Assembly: GCA_965228735.1 (NCBI GenBank)
Contig: OZ245838.1
Coordinates: 5,856,001-5,920,000, forward strand
Source of the DNA: Planctomycetota bacterium
Lineage (GTDB): Bacteria > Planctomycetota > UBA1135 > UBA2386
Direction of reading: 5' to 3'
DNA: 64,000 nucleotides
Below, piece by piece: positions 45,281-54,766 of the stretch (positions are counted from its first letter, which is position 1; the number at the start of each line of letters is the position of its first letter). A program made the position numbers and the translations under genes. The notes beneath the pieces were generated by a model. The model had not been told where the DNA came from and made no database searches. It saw only the letters and a list, made by a program, of their open reading frames with translations.

Positions 45281-48200
45281 GTGAGCGCGGCACTGAAGGC
45301 GCTGCTTGCCGAGGTCGACCCGCGGCTCACGCTGCTGCGCGAGTATGGCGGCGGGCAGGGGCGAACGCTGTGCGTGGCCGATCCCGACGCGCGCGAGTAC
45401 GTCCTTCGCGTTCTGCTCACCGGCGAGGAGGCGGCGGAGGGCGCGTTGCTCACCGCGCTCCGCCATCCCGCCGTCCCGGCCGTGCAACGCGTCGGCCGGC
45501 TCGCGGACGGGCGCGCGTACTTGCTGCGGGACCACGTCGATGGGACGCCGCTCGCGATCCTGCCGAACGCGCCGGACGAACTGCGGGCAGTGCTGCGGCA
45601 GTTGCTCGAGGTGTTGGCCTACGTCCATCACCGCGGGGTGTGCCACCTCGACCTCAAGCCGGCGAACCTGCTGCTCGATCGGGCCGGCCGGCTGCATCTG
45701 CTCGACTTCGGGCTCTCGGTGCGGCGCGGCGAGCTCGGTCGCGGCGGGACACCGTTCTTCGCGGCGCCGGAGCTGCTGCTCCAGACCGTGCCCGATCACC
45801 GCGCGGACCTGTTCTCGGTCGGCGCGATGGTCGCCCACGCGCTGTGGCCGCACCAGATCGACGCCGCGCGGTTCGTGGATCGTTTTCCCGCGACCGATTT
45901 CCTCACGGCGGCCGGCATCGACGTGCAGCAGCTGCCCGAACCGTTCGGCCGCTTCGTCGCGCAGTGCGTCGCCCGCCGGCCGAGCGGTCGGTTCCCGGAC
46001 GCCGAAGCCGCGCTCGAGTTCTTCGGTGGCGGCAGCGGCCGCCCGTCCGTGCAGCTGTTCTCGCCCGACCCGGTCGACGTGTTCGGCCCCGAACTCGAGA
46101 ACGCGGGCGGTGACGGGCACGACGTCGTGCTCCGCGGCGCGGGCGCAGCGGATCGACGCGCGATCGCGATCCATCTCGCGGCCACGGTGCCGGGTGTGAC
46201 GGCGATCGAAGACGGCGAGGAGTGCTTGCGACTCCGGCGTGATGGTCGCGAGGGCGCGGGCATCGACCTGCCGGCGCTCGCGGCCGAGCGTCTCGTCGGT
46301 CACCTTCGCGATGCGTTCGGCCTCGAGGGAACCGTCGCGCAGCAAACGGCGGACTGGCTCGCCGGTGACGACGGCACGACGATCACGGCCGTGACGGCGA
46401 CCCTGCGCGGTCTCGCCGAAGCGGGCGAGCTGCTGCCGGCCGGCACGCGCTGGTCGTGGCCGGCGGCCCACGGCGGCCGGCTCGGGGCGGCGGGTTCGCC
46501 GCCGGCCGAGGACGAGAGCCTGCCGTTGGCCGATCGCATCCGGGCGGCAGCGGCTGTCGGTCGTGTCGAGCAGGCGCTCGCGTACTGGCGGCGCGCTGCC
46601 CGGGAAGGTGGCGCCGCGGAACTCGAAGCGCGAACGGCGCTGGCCGAAGGACTGCTCGGCGCGGGTGAGCCGATGCGAGCCCTGCCGTTCTGCGTCGACC
46701 TGCCGCTGCTGCGCGTCCACGCGCTCGTCGATACGGGTCAGTTCGCGGCCGCGGCGCGCGAGTTCGTGCAGCTCGAAGTCGTCGACAGTCCGCGCTACCG
46801 CCGGGTCGCCGCGCAGCTCGCGATGGCGGGCGGCGACTGGCAGCGCGGCCGCGACGTGCTCGATCGCGCGAACGCGACGGTCGAGGAGAAGCTCACGCTC
46901 GCGGCGCTGCACGAGAGCGCCGGCGACCTCGAAGCGAGTGACGCGGTCCTGCGCGGCTTCGGCGACCGACTCGACCCGGCGCGGCAGCCGTTTCTGTGCG
47001 CGACGATGCACACGATCCGCGGTCACGTCGCACGACAGCGCGGTCGGCTCGACGAGGTGCGCGACCACTTCACGGCAGCGGGTCGCCTGTTCGAGTCGCT
47101 CGGCAACGTGCGCCACGCGGCGAGTTCGTACCTCAACCTCGGCGTCGTCGCGAAGGACGCGGGCGAGCACCAGGAGGCCGTGGAGCGGTTTCGCGAAGCC
47201 CGCACGCTCTACAGTCACGTCGGCGACGAGGCGCGCGCGGCGATCGCGAGCGCCAACCTCGGCATCGCGGCGCTCGCGCGCCACGATCTGCCGACGGCGA
47301 GGTCGATGCTCGCCGATGCCGGGCCGCTCCTGCTGCGGCTCGGCGATCGCGCGGCCGGCCGGCTCGCGATGGTGATGCTCGCGCGCGCGCACGCGGAGGC
47401 CGGGGCCGTCGAGGAGGCGCACGCGGCGCTGGCTGCCGTCGGCGAACCGGACACGGATCGTCTGCGGGCCGAGGTCGAGAGGTTCCATGCGGCGCTCGCG
47501 GTTTCGCCGACCAAACCGGACACGACGAACGACATGGCGGATCGACACGAAGGCGGCCCGAGCCGCGAGCTGTTTCGTACCTTCCTCGCGGTCAACCGGC
47601 AGCTGGCGCAGGCGACCGAACTCGACCGCGCGATGCGGTATCTGCTCGACGCGGCCGTGACGCTGACCGCGGGCCGCAACGGCTTCCTGCTCGTGATGCG
47701 TGACGACGGTGTGCGGCGCGAGTTCCAGAGCGGTGACGCCGGGCCGCAGGGGCAGGCGTTCAGTCGCTCGCTCGCGCACCGCGCGATCCAGCAGCAGCGC
47801 ACGATGACGGGCGGCGATGTGCTCGCGGATCGCGAACTCGCGCAGATGCCGTCCGTGCAGAACCTGCAGGTGCGGTCGGCGCTGTGCGTGCCGTTCCACA
47901 GCGCCGGCGGCACGACCGGGGCGGTCTACGTCGAGCATCCGGGCCGGGCCGGCGCGTTCACCGATCGCGACAAGGAAGCGCTCGAAGTGCTGGCCGATCA
48001 GGCTGCGATCGCCGTCGATCGCATGCTGCGTGAGGAGGCGCGCGAGCGCGAACTCGAAGAGCGCAAGCAGGAGCTGACGGTCGTGCGACGCGCCGTGCGG
48101 CGGCGCGATCGGCGGATGATCGGTGAGAGCCGTGCGATGCAGGAGCTGCAACAGCAGATCGACAAGCTCGCACCGCGTGACATCGCGGTTCTCGTGCACG

Positions 48201-49042
48201 GCGAGACGGGCACCGGCAAGGAGCTCGTCGCGCGGGCGCTGCACGATCGGTCGGCGCGCCCGCGCGGTCCTTTCGTCGCGGAGAACTGCTCGGCTTTGCC
48301 GGCGGAGCTCATGGAGCGCGAACTTTTCGGGCACGTCGAGGGCGCGTTCACCGGCGCCGATCGCGATCGGCCCGGGCTCTTCGAGCTGGCCAACGGCGGC
48401 ACGTTGTTCCTCGACGAGGTCGGCGACATGCCGGCGGCGCTCCAGGCCAAGCTGCTGCGCGCGTTGCAGGAGAAGTCGATTCGCCGGGTCGGTGGCAGCG
48501 CGACGATCGAACTCGACGTGCGACTCGTCACGGCGACGCACAAGGATCTGCGTGCGATGGTGGAGGACGGCTCGTTCCGCGAGGACCTGTTCTTCCGGAT
48601 CGCTGCGATCGAACTCACCGTGCCGCCGCTGCGGGAGCGTGAGGGTGACGTCGAGCTGCTCGCCGACCACTTCGTGAAGACGCACGCCGAAGAACGCGGT
48701 CGCTCGCTGCGGCTCGCCAAGACGGTGCGGGCCGCGCTCGTCGACTACCCGTGGCCCGGCAACGTGCGCGAGCTCGAGCACGTCCTCGCGCGCGCGGTGC
48801 TGCTCTGCGACGGTGAGGAGATCGTCGATGCGCAGCTGCCCCGGGTCGACGAGCGGGCGCCGTCGGCCCGTGCTCCGGGGGGAACGGCGCCCGACGCCGT
48901 CGTGACGCTCAAGGAGGCCGAACGGCGCGCGATCGTCGCGGCGATGCAGGCCTGCGGCGGCGACAAGGCGAAGACCGCGCGGGCGCTCGAGATCTCCCGC
49001 ACCGCGCTCTACGACAAGCTCAAGCGGCACGGTCTGGGGTAA
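45281..49042 (+). CDS. Ser/Thr kinase-like - TPR - GAF - sigma54 AAA+ activator - Fis HTH fusion, 1253 aa
   Basis: HLDLKPAN, DFG, GTPFFAAPE; TPRs; GAF (RSALCVPF..GAVYVE); GETGTGKE, GAFTGA, FLDEVG, WPGNVREL; KTARALEISRTALYDKL. SD GGAGG before GTG 45281. Confidence 0.92.
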   Translation: MSAALKALLAEVDPRLTLLREYGGGQGRTLCVADPDAREYVLRVLLTGEEAAEGALLTALRHPAVPAVQRVGRLADGRAYLLRDHVDGTPLAILPNAPDELRAVLRQLLEVLAYVHHRGVCHLDLKPANLLLDRAGRLHLLDFGLSVRRGELGRGGTPFFAAPELLLQTVPDHRADLFSVGAMVAHALWPHQIDAARFVDRFPATDFLTAAGIDVQQLPEPFGRFVAQCVARRPSGRFPDAEAALEFFGGGSGRPSVQLFSPDPVDVFGPELENAGGDGHDVVLRGAGAADRRAIAIHLAATVPGVTAIEDGEECLRLRRDGREGAGIDLPALAAERLVGHLRDAFGLEGTVAQQTADWLAGDDGTTITAVTATLRGLAEAGELLPAGTRWSWPAAHGGRLGAAGSPPAEDESLPLADRIRAAAAVGRVEQALAYWRRAAREGGAAELEARTALAEGLLGAGEPMRALPFCVDLPLLRVHALVDTGQFAAAAREFVQLEVVDSPRYRRVAAQLAMAGGDWQRGRDVLDRANATVEEKLTLAALHESAGDLEASDAVLRGFGDRLDPARQPFLCATMHTIRGHVARQRGRLDEVRDHFTAAGRLFESLGNVRHAASSYLNLGVVAKDAGEHQEAVERFREARTLYSHVGDEARAAIASANLGIAALARHDLPTARSMLADAGPLLLRLGDRAAGRLAMVMLARAHAEAGAVEEAHAALAAVGEPDTDRLRAEVERFHAALAVSPTKPDTTNDMADRHEGGPSRELFRTFLAVNRQLAQATELDRAMRYLLDAAVTLTAGRNGFLLVMRDDGVRREFQSGDAGPQGQAFSRSLAHRAIQQQRTMTGGDVLADRELAQMPSVQNLQVRSALCVPFHSAGGTTGAVYVEHPGRAGAFTDRDKEALEVLADQAAIAVDRMLREEARERELEERKQELTVVRRAVRRRDRRMIGESRAMQELQQQIDKLAPRDIAVLVHGETGTGKELVARALHDRSARPRGPFVAENCSALPAELMERELFGHVEGAFTGADRDRPGLFELANGGTLFLDEVGDMPAALQAKLLRALQEKSIRRVGGSATIELDVRLVTATHKDLRAMVEDGSFREDLFFRIAAIELTVPPLREREGDVELLADHFVKTHAEERGRSLRLAKTVRAALVDYPWPGNVRELEHVLARAVLLCDGEEIVDAQLPRVDERAPSARAPGGTAPDAVVTLKEAERRAIVAAMQACGGDKAKTARALEISRTALYDKLKRHGLG

Positions 49043-49137
49043 CGCCCGAGGCTGCGAGTGCTGGTTGGTGTCGGGATTCCGGGCGCCCGCCGGACGGGGT
49101 TGTGCGTATTGCGGGCACGGCGGCCGTGTCCGATGCC

Positions 49138-49153
49138 CGGCACGTGAGTTGCT
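49138..49153 (+). promoter_or_regulatory. Putative sigma54 -24/-12 promoter
   Basis: CGGCACGTGAGTTGCT, about 70 nt upstream of ATG 49223. Confidence 0.75.
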
Positions 49154-49222
49154 GAATCCCGGTCCTTCGGACCGCGCGCGCCGCGCCGGCGGCGACGCGC
49201 TAACCTACCCCTGCCCGATTCC

Positions 49223-50881
49223 ATGATTCGTCACCTGATTGCCATGTCCCTGGGTCTGCCGATAGGCGCTCAGACCATCACGTTCATCGAGGGCACGCCG
49301 ACGGCGGCGACGATCGTGTCGGTCCAGGAGAACGACCCGAACGGGCCGGTGGCCACCGTGCTGCAGAACGTCGAACTGCTGCCGATCGAGATCACGGGCC
49401 GGACGATCGGCCAGAGCGGTGATGTCACGCGCAGTCGCAGACTGGACCGGAACGGTCTGCAGCGCGTCGAGCTGCCGGACGGCGGCCGGCTGTTCCGGTA
49501 TCGCCGCAGCGGCGGCGCGTTCTGGGGCTTCCTGCACGTGAACGCCGCCGGTGCGGCGAGCGTCGTGATCGAACGCCCGGGTCTCGGCGGCGGCGCGGAT
49601 CCGTTCGTCGATCGCATCGGCGTCGATCCGGCGGGCGGCCACCTCGCCGCCGGCATGCAGTTCGGTGGGCTGTGGATCGCGCGGCTCGACGGTCAGAACT
49701 TCGCGAGCACGGGCACGCCGTCACGCTTCGTCGCCGCGGGCACGTTCGTCGAGCCGGCGTCCGTGATGGTCGGTGCGAGCATCGTCTACTTCCAATCGGC
49801 GGGGCAGCGGCTGTTCCGCTGCGCGCTCGCCGACGGCAACCAGCCGGCGGACGTGACGCCGCCGCCGCAGCCGCTCGCCGAACTCGAGGAGCACATGGCG
49901 ATGGCGCGCGACGGCTCGCGCGTCGTGTTCCTCTACGGACCGGACGATCTGCAGCGCCTCTGGACGGTCGGTTCGACGGGCGGCGCGACCGTGCTGCCGC
50001 CGGGGCCGAGCGACTACGAGGATCCCGACTACCTGCCGGACGGCACGGGCGAACTCGGTCTGCTGCTCAACGACGATGGCACGCGGCTGTTCTACAACGA
50101 CTCGGTCGTCGGCGACGAGCTCTACCTGCTCGACGTCACCGGCGTGCTGCCGACGCTGCACATCACGGGCGATCCGATCTTCCAGCCGACGATCGGCGTG
50201 CACATCCTGCCGGCATACGCATCCGACAAGCTGATCGTCGCGATCGGCAAGCCGGGCCTCGCCGACTGGTTCGCCGCCGAGCTCGGTGCGCAGGGTGGCA
50301 ACGTCGACAATCTCACGGGCACGGGCGCGACGGCGCCGCCGTATCCGGAAGGCACGCTGAATCCGGTCACCTCCGGGCGTTCGGCGAACGGGCGCTACTT
50401 CACCGAGCAGAATGGCGGCGCGCTCGTCGTGCGCACGATCGATCCGGTGACGGGCCACCAGGCCGTGCTGCACCAGAACGCCCTGGCCGCGCCCGTCGTC
50501 GGCAGCGCGTTCGCGGGTGACGCCGACGTCGTCGTCGCGACGGCGGCGGGGGACCGGCTCTACACGAACGGGCCGACCGCGCTGCCGTTGCCGCTGCCGA
50601 CCGGTCTCGTGCTCGACGCGCCCGCAGCCGGCCCGTGGTTCTCGTCGGTCTGGATCGAACTCGCGGGCGCCGGCGGTCTCGGCGCGTCGGTCTTCTACCT
50701 GCCCGACGGCACCCACGTCGTCGGGTCGATCGAGTTCGGCATGCAGCAGCTGTGCCCGACCGCGCTCGGTGGAGTCGTCATGAACGGCGCCACCGTGCGC
50801 TACCTCGGCCTCGGCGCGCGCGTCGTGCTGACGCGCCCCACCGTGCCCTGGCGCCGCTGCCTGTCCGGCGTCGGTGTGTGA
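49223..50881 (+). CDS. Secreted beta-rich (propeller-like) hypothetical protein
   Basis: Signal peptide ending IGA-Q, DGSRVVF and DGTRLFY blade-like motifs, good codon bias. Confidence 0.75.
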   Translation: MIRHLIAMSLGLPIGAQTITFIEGTPTAATIVSVQENDPNGPVATVLQNVELLPIEITGRTIGQSGDVTRSRRLDRNGLQRVELPDGGRLFRYRRSGGAFWGFLHVNAAGAASVVIERPGLGGGADPFVDRIGVDPAGGHLAAGMQFGGLWIARLDGQNFASTGTPSRFVAAGTFVEPASVMVGASIVYFQSAGQRLFRCALADGNQPADVTPPPQPLAELEEHMAMARDGSRVVFLYGPDDLQRLWTVGSTGGATVLPPGPSDYEDPDYLPDGTGELGLLLNDDGTRLFYNDSVVGDELYLLDVTGVLPTLHITGDPIFQPTIGVHILPAYASDKLIVAIGKPGLADWFAAELGAQGGNVDNLTGTGATAPPYPEGTLNPVTSGRSANGRYFTEQNGGALVVRTIDPVTGHQAVLHQNALAAPVVGSAFAGDADVVVATAAGDRLYTNGPTALPLPLPTGLVLDAPAAGPWFSSVWIELAGAGGLGASVFYLPDGTHVVGSIEFGMQQLCPTALGGVVMNGATVRYLGLGARVVLTRPTVPWRRCLSGVGV

Positions 50882-50890
50882 CGCCTCGCG

Positions 50891-52501
50891 TCAGCGGGCG
50901 CCGAAGAGCTGTTCGAACAGCTCGTGGAACTCGGCTTCGAGTTCGGCTCCTTCGTTGATCTTCTTGTCCGTCGTCGGGCGGCGGCGCGGGCGGGGCTGGC
51001 CGCCGTCGCGGGCTCGCGTGGCCGGGGCGCGGTCGGTCTTGGGCGCCTCGTCGCGCGCGCGAATCAGGCGGCGCACGCCCGCAGCGGGGGCGCCTGTCGG
51101 CAGAGCGTTGGCCGGCGCGTCGCCGTGGAAGTGGACGTGTACGTCGCCGTGGACGTCCTCGAACTGGATCGAGCCGCTGTTGCCGGCGCCGCCGCTCGGG
51201 CCGGTGCGGGTCGGCGCGACCGGTGCCGCAGTGCGGCGACCCTGACTGCTCGCCGCGGCGCGGCGGGCGCGCGCCGTGACGTTCTCGAGCCGCGCCTTCA
51301 GCGCTTCGTTCTCCGCGCGCAGGTCCTCCGACTCGACGCCGGCCTGGCGCAGCCGATCCATGAGCCCGCGCGTGCGGGCGCTCGCCGCGTCGTTGCGGCC
51401 GCTGCGTTCCTGGGCTGCCTTCTGCAGCGTGGCCGCGAGCTCCTGCACCTCCTGCAGCTCGTTCTGTAGCGCCTTCATGCGCTCGGTCGCCTGCGCGCCG
51501 CGGTCCCGCTCGGCGGCGGCCCGCTGCTGGTGCTCGGCGAGCTGTCGCCGCGTGTGCTCGAATGCGGCCTGCAGTTCGCGGTCGTGGTTCTCACGCGCCA
51601 CGGTCTGTTCGCGCGCTTCGGCGAGCGCGCGCTCCATCATCTCGATGCGCTCCGCGTATTCGCGGTGCTGTGCTTCGAGCTGCTCCTTGCGCTGGCGCTG
51701 CATGTGCTCGGTGCGTTCGTCGAGCTCGCGGCGCATCTGCTCGATCTGCTCTTCGTATTCGCGGCGAACGTTCTGGCTGCGTTGCTCGAACTCGCGCCGG
51801 ACGTCGTTCGCCCGCTCCTCCAGTTCGCCCCGCATCGCTTCGAAGCGCGCCTGGCGTTGTTCGAGCTCTTGCCGCAGCCGGTTCATCTCCGCATGCCGCT
51901 CCTGCTGCGCCTCGTGCGACCGGCGCTCGAACTGCTGCGCCAACTCGTCATGGCGCCGCTGGCTCTCGGCGAGTTGCTTCGCGAGCCGATCGGCCCGTTC
52001 GGCGGTCTTCTGCAGGTCGCGCTCGGCCGCGGCCTGCGTGGCGGCGAGCTTCTTGGTCAGCGACACTTCGAGCGCGCCGCGCTCCTTGGCCCGGGTTTCG
52101 GCCTGCTGCCGCGTGGCCGCGAGCGCCGTGCGCAGTTCGGCCGAGTCTTGCTGGCTGCGTTCGAGCTGCTTCTCCGCGTCGCGCCGCATCCTCTCGAGCT
52201 TGTTCGCGAGCGCCTTCTGCTCGGCGAGCGCCGCCTCGAGCCTGCGCTCCTTCGCCGCGACCAGTTCGCGCAGTTGCGCCGCCTCGGCCCGCGCCTGGGC
52301 CGCGCGCTCGGCCTGCGCGGCCCGGTCGCGTCTGGTGCCGCCGGACTCCAACTCCCGAACGAGGTTGTCGATGCGGTTGAGCCGGTTTTCCAGGCTCTGG
52401 ATCGACGAGGTGACGCGGCGGCGTTCTTCTTGCGCCTGGCAGCTGGTCAAGCTACCGAACAAGAGCGCCGCGCCGAGCGCGGCAGTGAGACATCTGCTCA
52501 T
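50891..52501 (-). CDS. Long coiled-coil lipoprotein
   Basis: Lipobox SLTS-C, roughly 400 aa of E/R/Q/A heptad helix, SD GGAGG. Confidence 0.8.
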   Translation of the reverse strand: MSRCLTAALGAALLFGSLTSCQAQEERRRVTSSIQSLENRLNRIDNLVRELESGGTRRDRAAQAERAAQARAEAAQLRELVAAKERRLEAALAEQKALANKLERMRRDAEKQLERSQQDSAELRTALAATRQQAETRAKERGALEVSLTKKLAATQAAAERDLQKTAERADRLAKQLAESQRRHDELAQQFERRSHEAQQERHAEMNRLRQELEQRQARFEAMRGELEERANDVRREFEQRSQNVRREYEEQIEQMRRELDERTEHMQRQRKEQLEAQHREYAERIEMMERALAEAREQTVARENHDRELQAAFEHTRRQLAEHQQRAAAERDRGAQATERMKALQNELQEVQELAATLQKAAQERSGRNDAASARTRGLMDRLRQAGVESEDLRAENEALKARLENVTARARRAAASSQGRRTAAPVAPTRTGPSGGAGNSGSIQFEDVHGDVHVHFHGDAPANALPTGAPAAGVRRLIRARDEAPKTDRAPATRARDGGQPRPRRRPTTDKKINEGAELEAEFHELFEQLFGAR

Positions 52502-52586
52502 GACTGGTCCTCCGGAGCGGAAACGGTATTCGTAGACGAGGCCGCGAGACGTTACGTGAGACGGCCGACCCCGGAAAGCTCTCCAC

Positions 52587-53477
52587 ATGACCGTGCAAAG
52601 ATTCCTCGGCTGCGAGTGGGCCAGCGTCCATGGCCCGGCGGACCCGCAGCAACTCTGGGTCCAGGTGCTCGAGGCCGGTTTCGACGGCCTCGTCGCGGCA
52701 CCGGCTCCCCGGCCGATGGACTGGGGGCAGCTCATCGCGGCGGCCGCGGACCTGCCGGTGCACGTCGGGGTCGTTCGGGCCACGAGCGTGCTCGATCCGG
52801 CCATCGCCACCGCGGGGCTCGCGATGGGCCGATCGGGGCCCCGGGAGGTCGCGTTGGCCGCCGTGCGCCGGGCCGCGGATACGGCCCGGACGGTCGGTTG
52901 CCCGGCGATCGTGCTCGAACCGGGGCTCGTGCCGGTGTTCGGAGAGATCGAGTCCGACGACCTCGGCGACCCGAGCTACCGCTGGACGCGAGAACGCGCC
53001 GATGCCCTGCTCGCGCGCCGCAGCGTCGGGCGCGACGAAGCCGTCGATCAGGCCTGCCGCGCCATCCACGCGGTCGTTCGGGCCTGCCCGGAGCTGTCGT
53101 TCGGCCTCGCGACGGGCCGCAATCTGCGGGTCGTGGCCGACCGCCAGGGTCTCGCGGACATCTTCGAGGACCTGCACCAGCTGCCGCTCGGCTACTGGCA
53201 CGACGCCGGCGCCGTGGCCCGCCGCGAGCAGATTTTCGGGGAGCCGCAGGGCGAATGGCTCGAGGCTTTCGGTAACCGCCTCAAGGGCATGAGTTTGGGT
53301 GATTCTTCCCCCGATGGCATGCTGCTGCCGCCTGGAGCGGGAGGGGTAGACTACGGCCTCCTGGCCACCTATGTACCCCGCGACCGGACCTTTCCGGTCG
53401 GGCTGGATCTCGATCCCACGGTCGCTGCCTCGGACTTTGCCGGGATGCGGTCGTGCCTCGACAAGTTCGGTCTGTAG
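52587..53477 (+). CDS. Sugar phosphate isomerase/epimerase (xylose isomerase-like TIM barrel) family protein
   Basis: AVRRAADTARTVGCPAIVL, LGYWHDAG, PPGAGGVDY; several usual metal ligands look substituted. Confidence 0.7.
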   Translation: MTVQRFLGCEWASVHGPADPQQLWVQVLEAGFDGLVAAPAPRPMDWGQLIAAAADLPVHVGVVRATSVLDPAIATAGLAMGRSGPREVALAAVRRAADTARTVGCPAIVLEPGLVPVFGEIESDDLGDPSYRWTRERADALLARRSVGRDEAVDQACRAIHAVVRACPELSFGLATGRNLRVVADRQGLADIFEDLHQLPLGYWHDAGAVARREQIFGEPQGEWLEAFGNRLKGMSLGDSSPDGMLLPPGAGGVDYGLLATYVPRDRTFPVGLDLDPTVAASDFAGMRSCLDKFGL

Positions 53478-53567
53478 CCGGTCGTATGGTCTCCAGCGGA
53501 CCCGGGTTTCGGGTCGATGCAGAGGTCGGCGAGCCGGTCGGACCTGGTCCGGCGTAGGCACCTCAAC

Positions 53568-54659
53568 ATGACGTCTTCCCCGATAGCGCAGCAGGGCCCG
53601 GCCGCCCGCAAGGGTGGCCCCACGGCTTGCGACCACGCCCGTACGGAGACTCTCCGTGCGTTGCTTGCGGGGCGGAAACGGCTGTTGATCCTGACCCACA
53701 ACAACCCGGATCCGGATTCGCTCGGCGGCGCGATGGGCCTCGCCGAGTTCGCCCGCAAGGTCGCCGGGATCGAGGTCGACTTCGCCATCACCGGCCGCAT
53801 CCTGCGCGCCGAGAACCAGGCGATGGTGCGCGAGCTCGAGATCGACACGAAGACGCTCGACGACGTCGACGTATCGCGCTTCGACTGCTTCGCGTTCGTG
53901 GACACGCAGCCGGGCTTCGGTCACACCGTCGTGCCCGCGGGCATCACGCCCGACATCGTCATCGATCACCACCTGTGTGCGGAGCGCGTCGATCCGCGGA
54001 CCGTGACGTTCCACGAGGTCCTGCCGGAGATCGGCGCGACGAGTTCGATCGTCGCGGCGCACCTGCAGAACGCGGGTGTGCAGCCGAGTCCCGAGGTCGC
54101 GACCGCGCTCATGTACGGGATCAAGACCGACACCGCGGACCTGTCGCGCAACATCGGCGACGTCGACCTGCGCGCGTTCGAGTACCTGTTCCCGCACGTC
54201 GATCGGCAGAAGCTCGTGGCGATCCAGTCGCCGCGCCTGCCGGCGGCCTACTTCCAGACGCTCAAGGACGCGCTGTCGAAGGTGCGGCTCTACGACGGCG
54301 TGACGCTGTGCTCGCTCGGTCGCACGCCGAGCCCGGAGATGGTCGCGGAGATCGCCGATCTGCTGCTGCGGATGGAAGGCGTTCGGGCGGTGTTCTGCGG
54401 CGGCCTCGTGAACGGGCAGTACTACATGTCCGTGCGCACCGAGGACGGCGGCGACGCGTGGCGGCTGCTGCGCGAGGCGATGGACGGCGAGGACGGTTCG
54501 TGTGGCGGTCACGGTTCGGTCGCCGGCGGGTCGATCCACGTGAACACCGACGACTCGCGGGCGCTGCGTCGCCTCGAACGGCGGCTCGAGAAGAGCATCC
54601 TCAAGGTGTTCGGCGTCTCCGGCTGCAACGCCGCGGCATTCGGCGAAGCCGACGACTGA
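53568..54659 (+). CDS. DHH/DHHA1 family phosphoesterase (NrnA-like)
   Basis: THNNPDPDSLG, VDT, IDHH, GIKTDT, SVR, GGH..AGG. Confidence 0.9.
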   Translation: MTSSPIAQQGPAARKGGPTACDHARTETLRALLAGRKRLLILTHNNPDPDSLGGAMGLAEFARKVAGIEVDFAITGRILRAENQAMVRELEIDTKTLDDVDVSRFDCFAFVDTQPGFGHTVVPAGITPDIVIDHHLCAERVDPRTVTFHEVLPEIGATSSIVAAHLQNAGVQPSPEVATALMYGIKTDTADLSRNIGDVDLRAFEYLFPHVDRQKLVAIQSPRLPAAYFQTLKDALSKVRLYDGVTLCSLGRTPSPEMVAEIADLLLRMEGVRAVFCGGLVNGQYYMSVRTEDGGDAWRLLREAMDGEDGSCGGHGSVAGGSIHVNTDDSRALRRLERRLEKSILKVFGVSGCNAAAFGEADD

Positions 54660-54689
54660 CCGCCAGAGCCACTGGCGGCAAGTCGACTG

Positions 54690-54717
54690 GCCGGCAATTG
54701 GACCAGGTACCGTACGG
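54690..54717. repeat. Solo copy of the REP-like repeat
   Basis: GCCGGCAATTGGACCAGGTACCGTACGG resembles GCCGGCAGCATGAACCAGGTTCCGTACGG at 35547-35575. Confidence 0.6.
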
Positions 54718-54766
54718 GGGGTACCGTGCGGTATGTTCACTTCGGGGCGGTAGACTCGCGGGGGAC

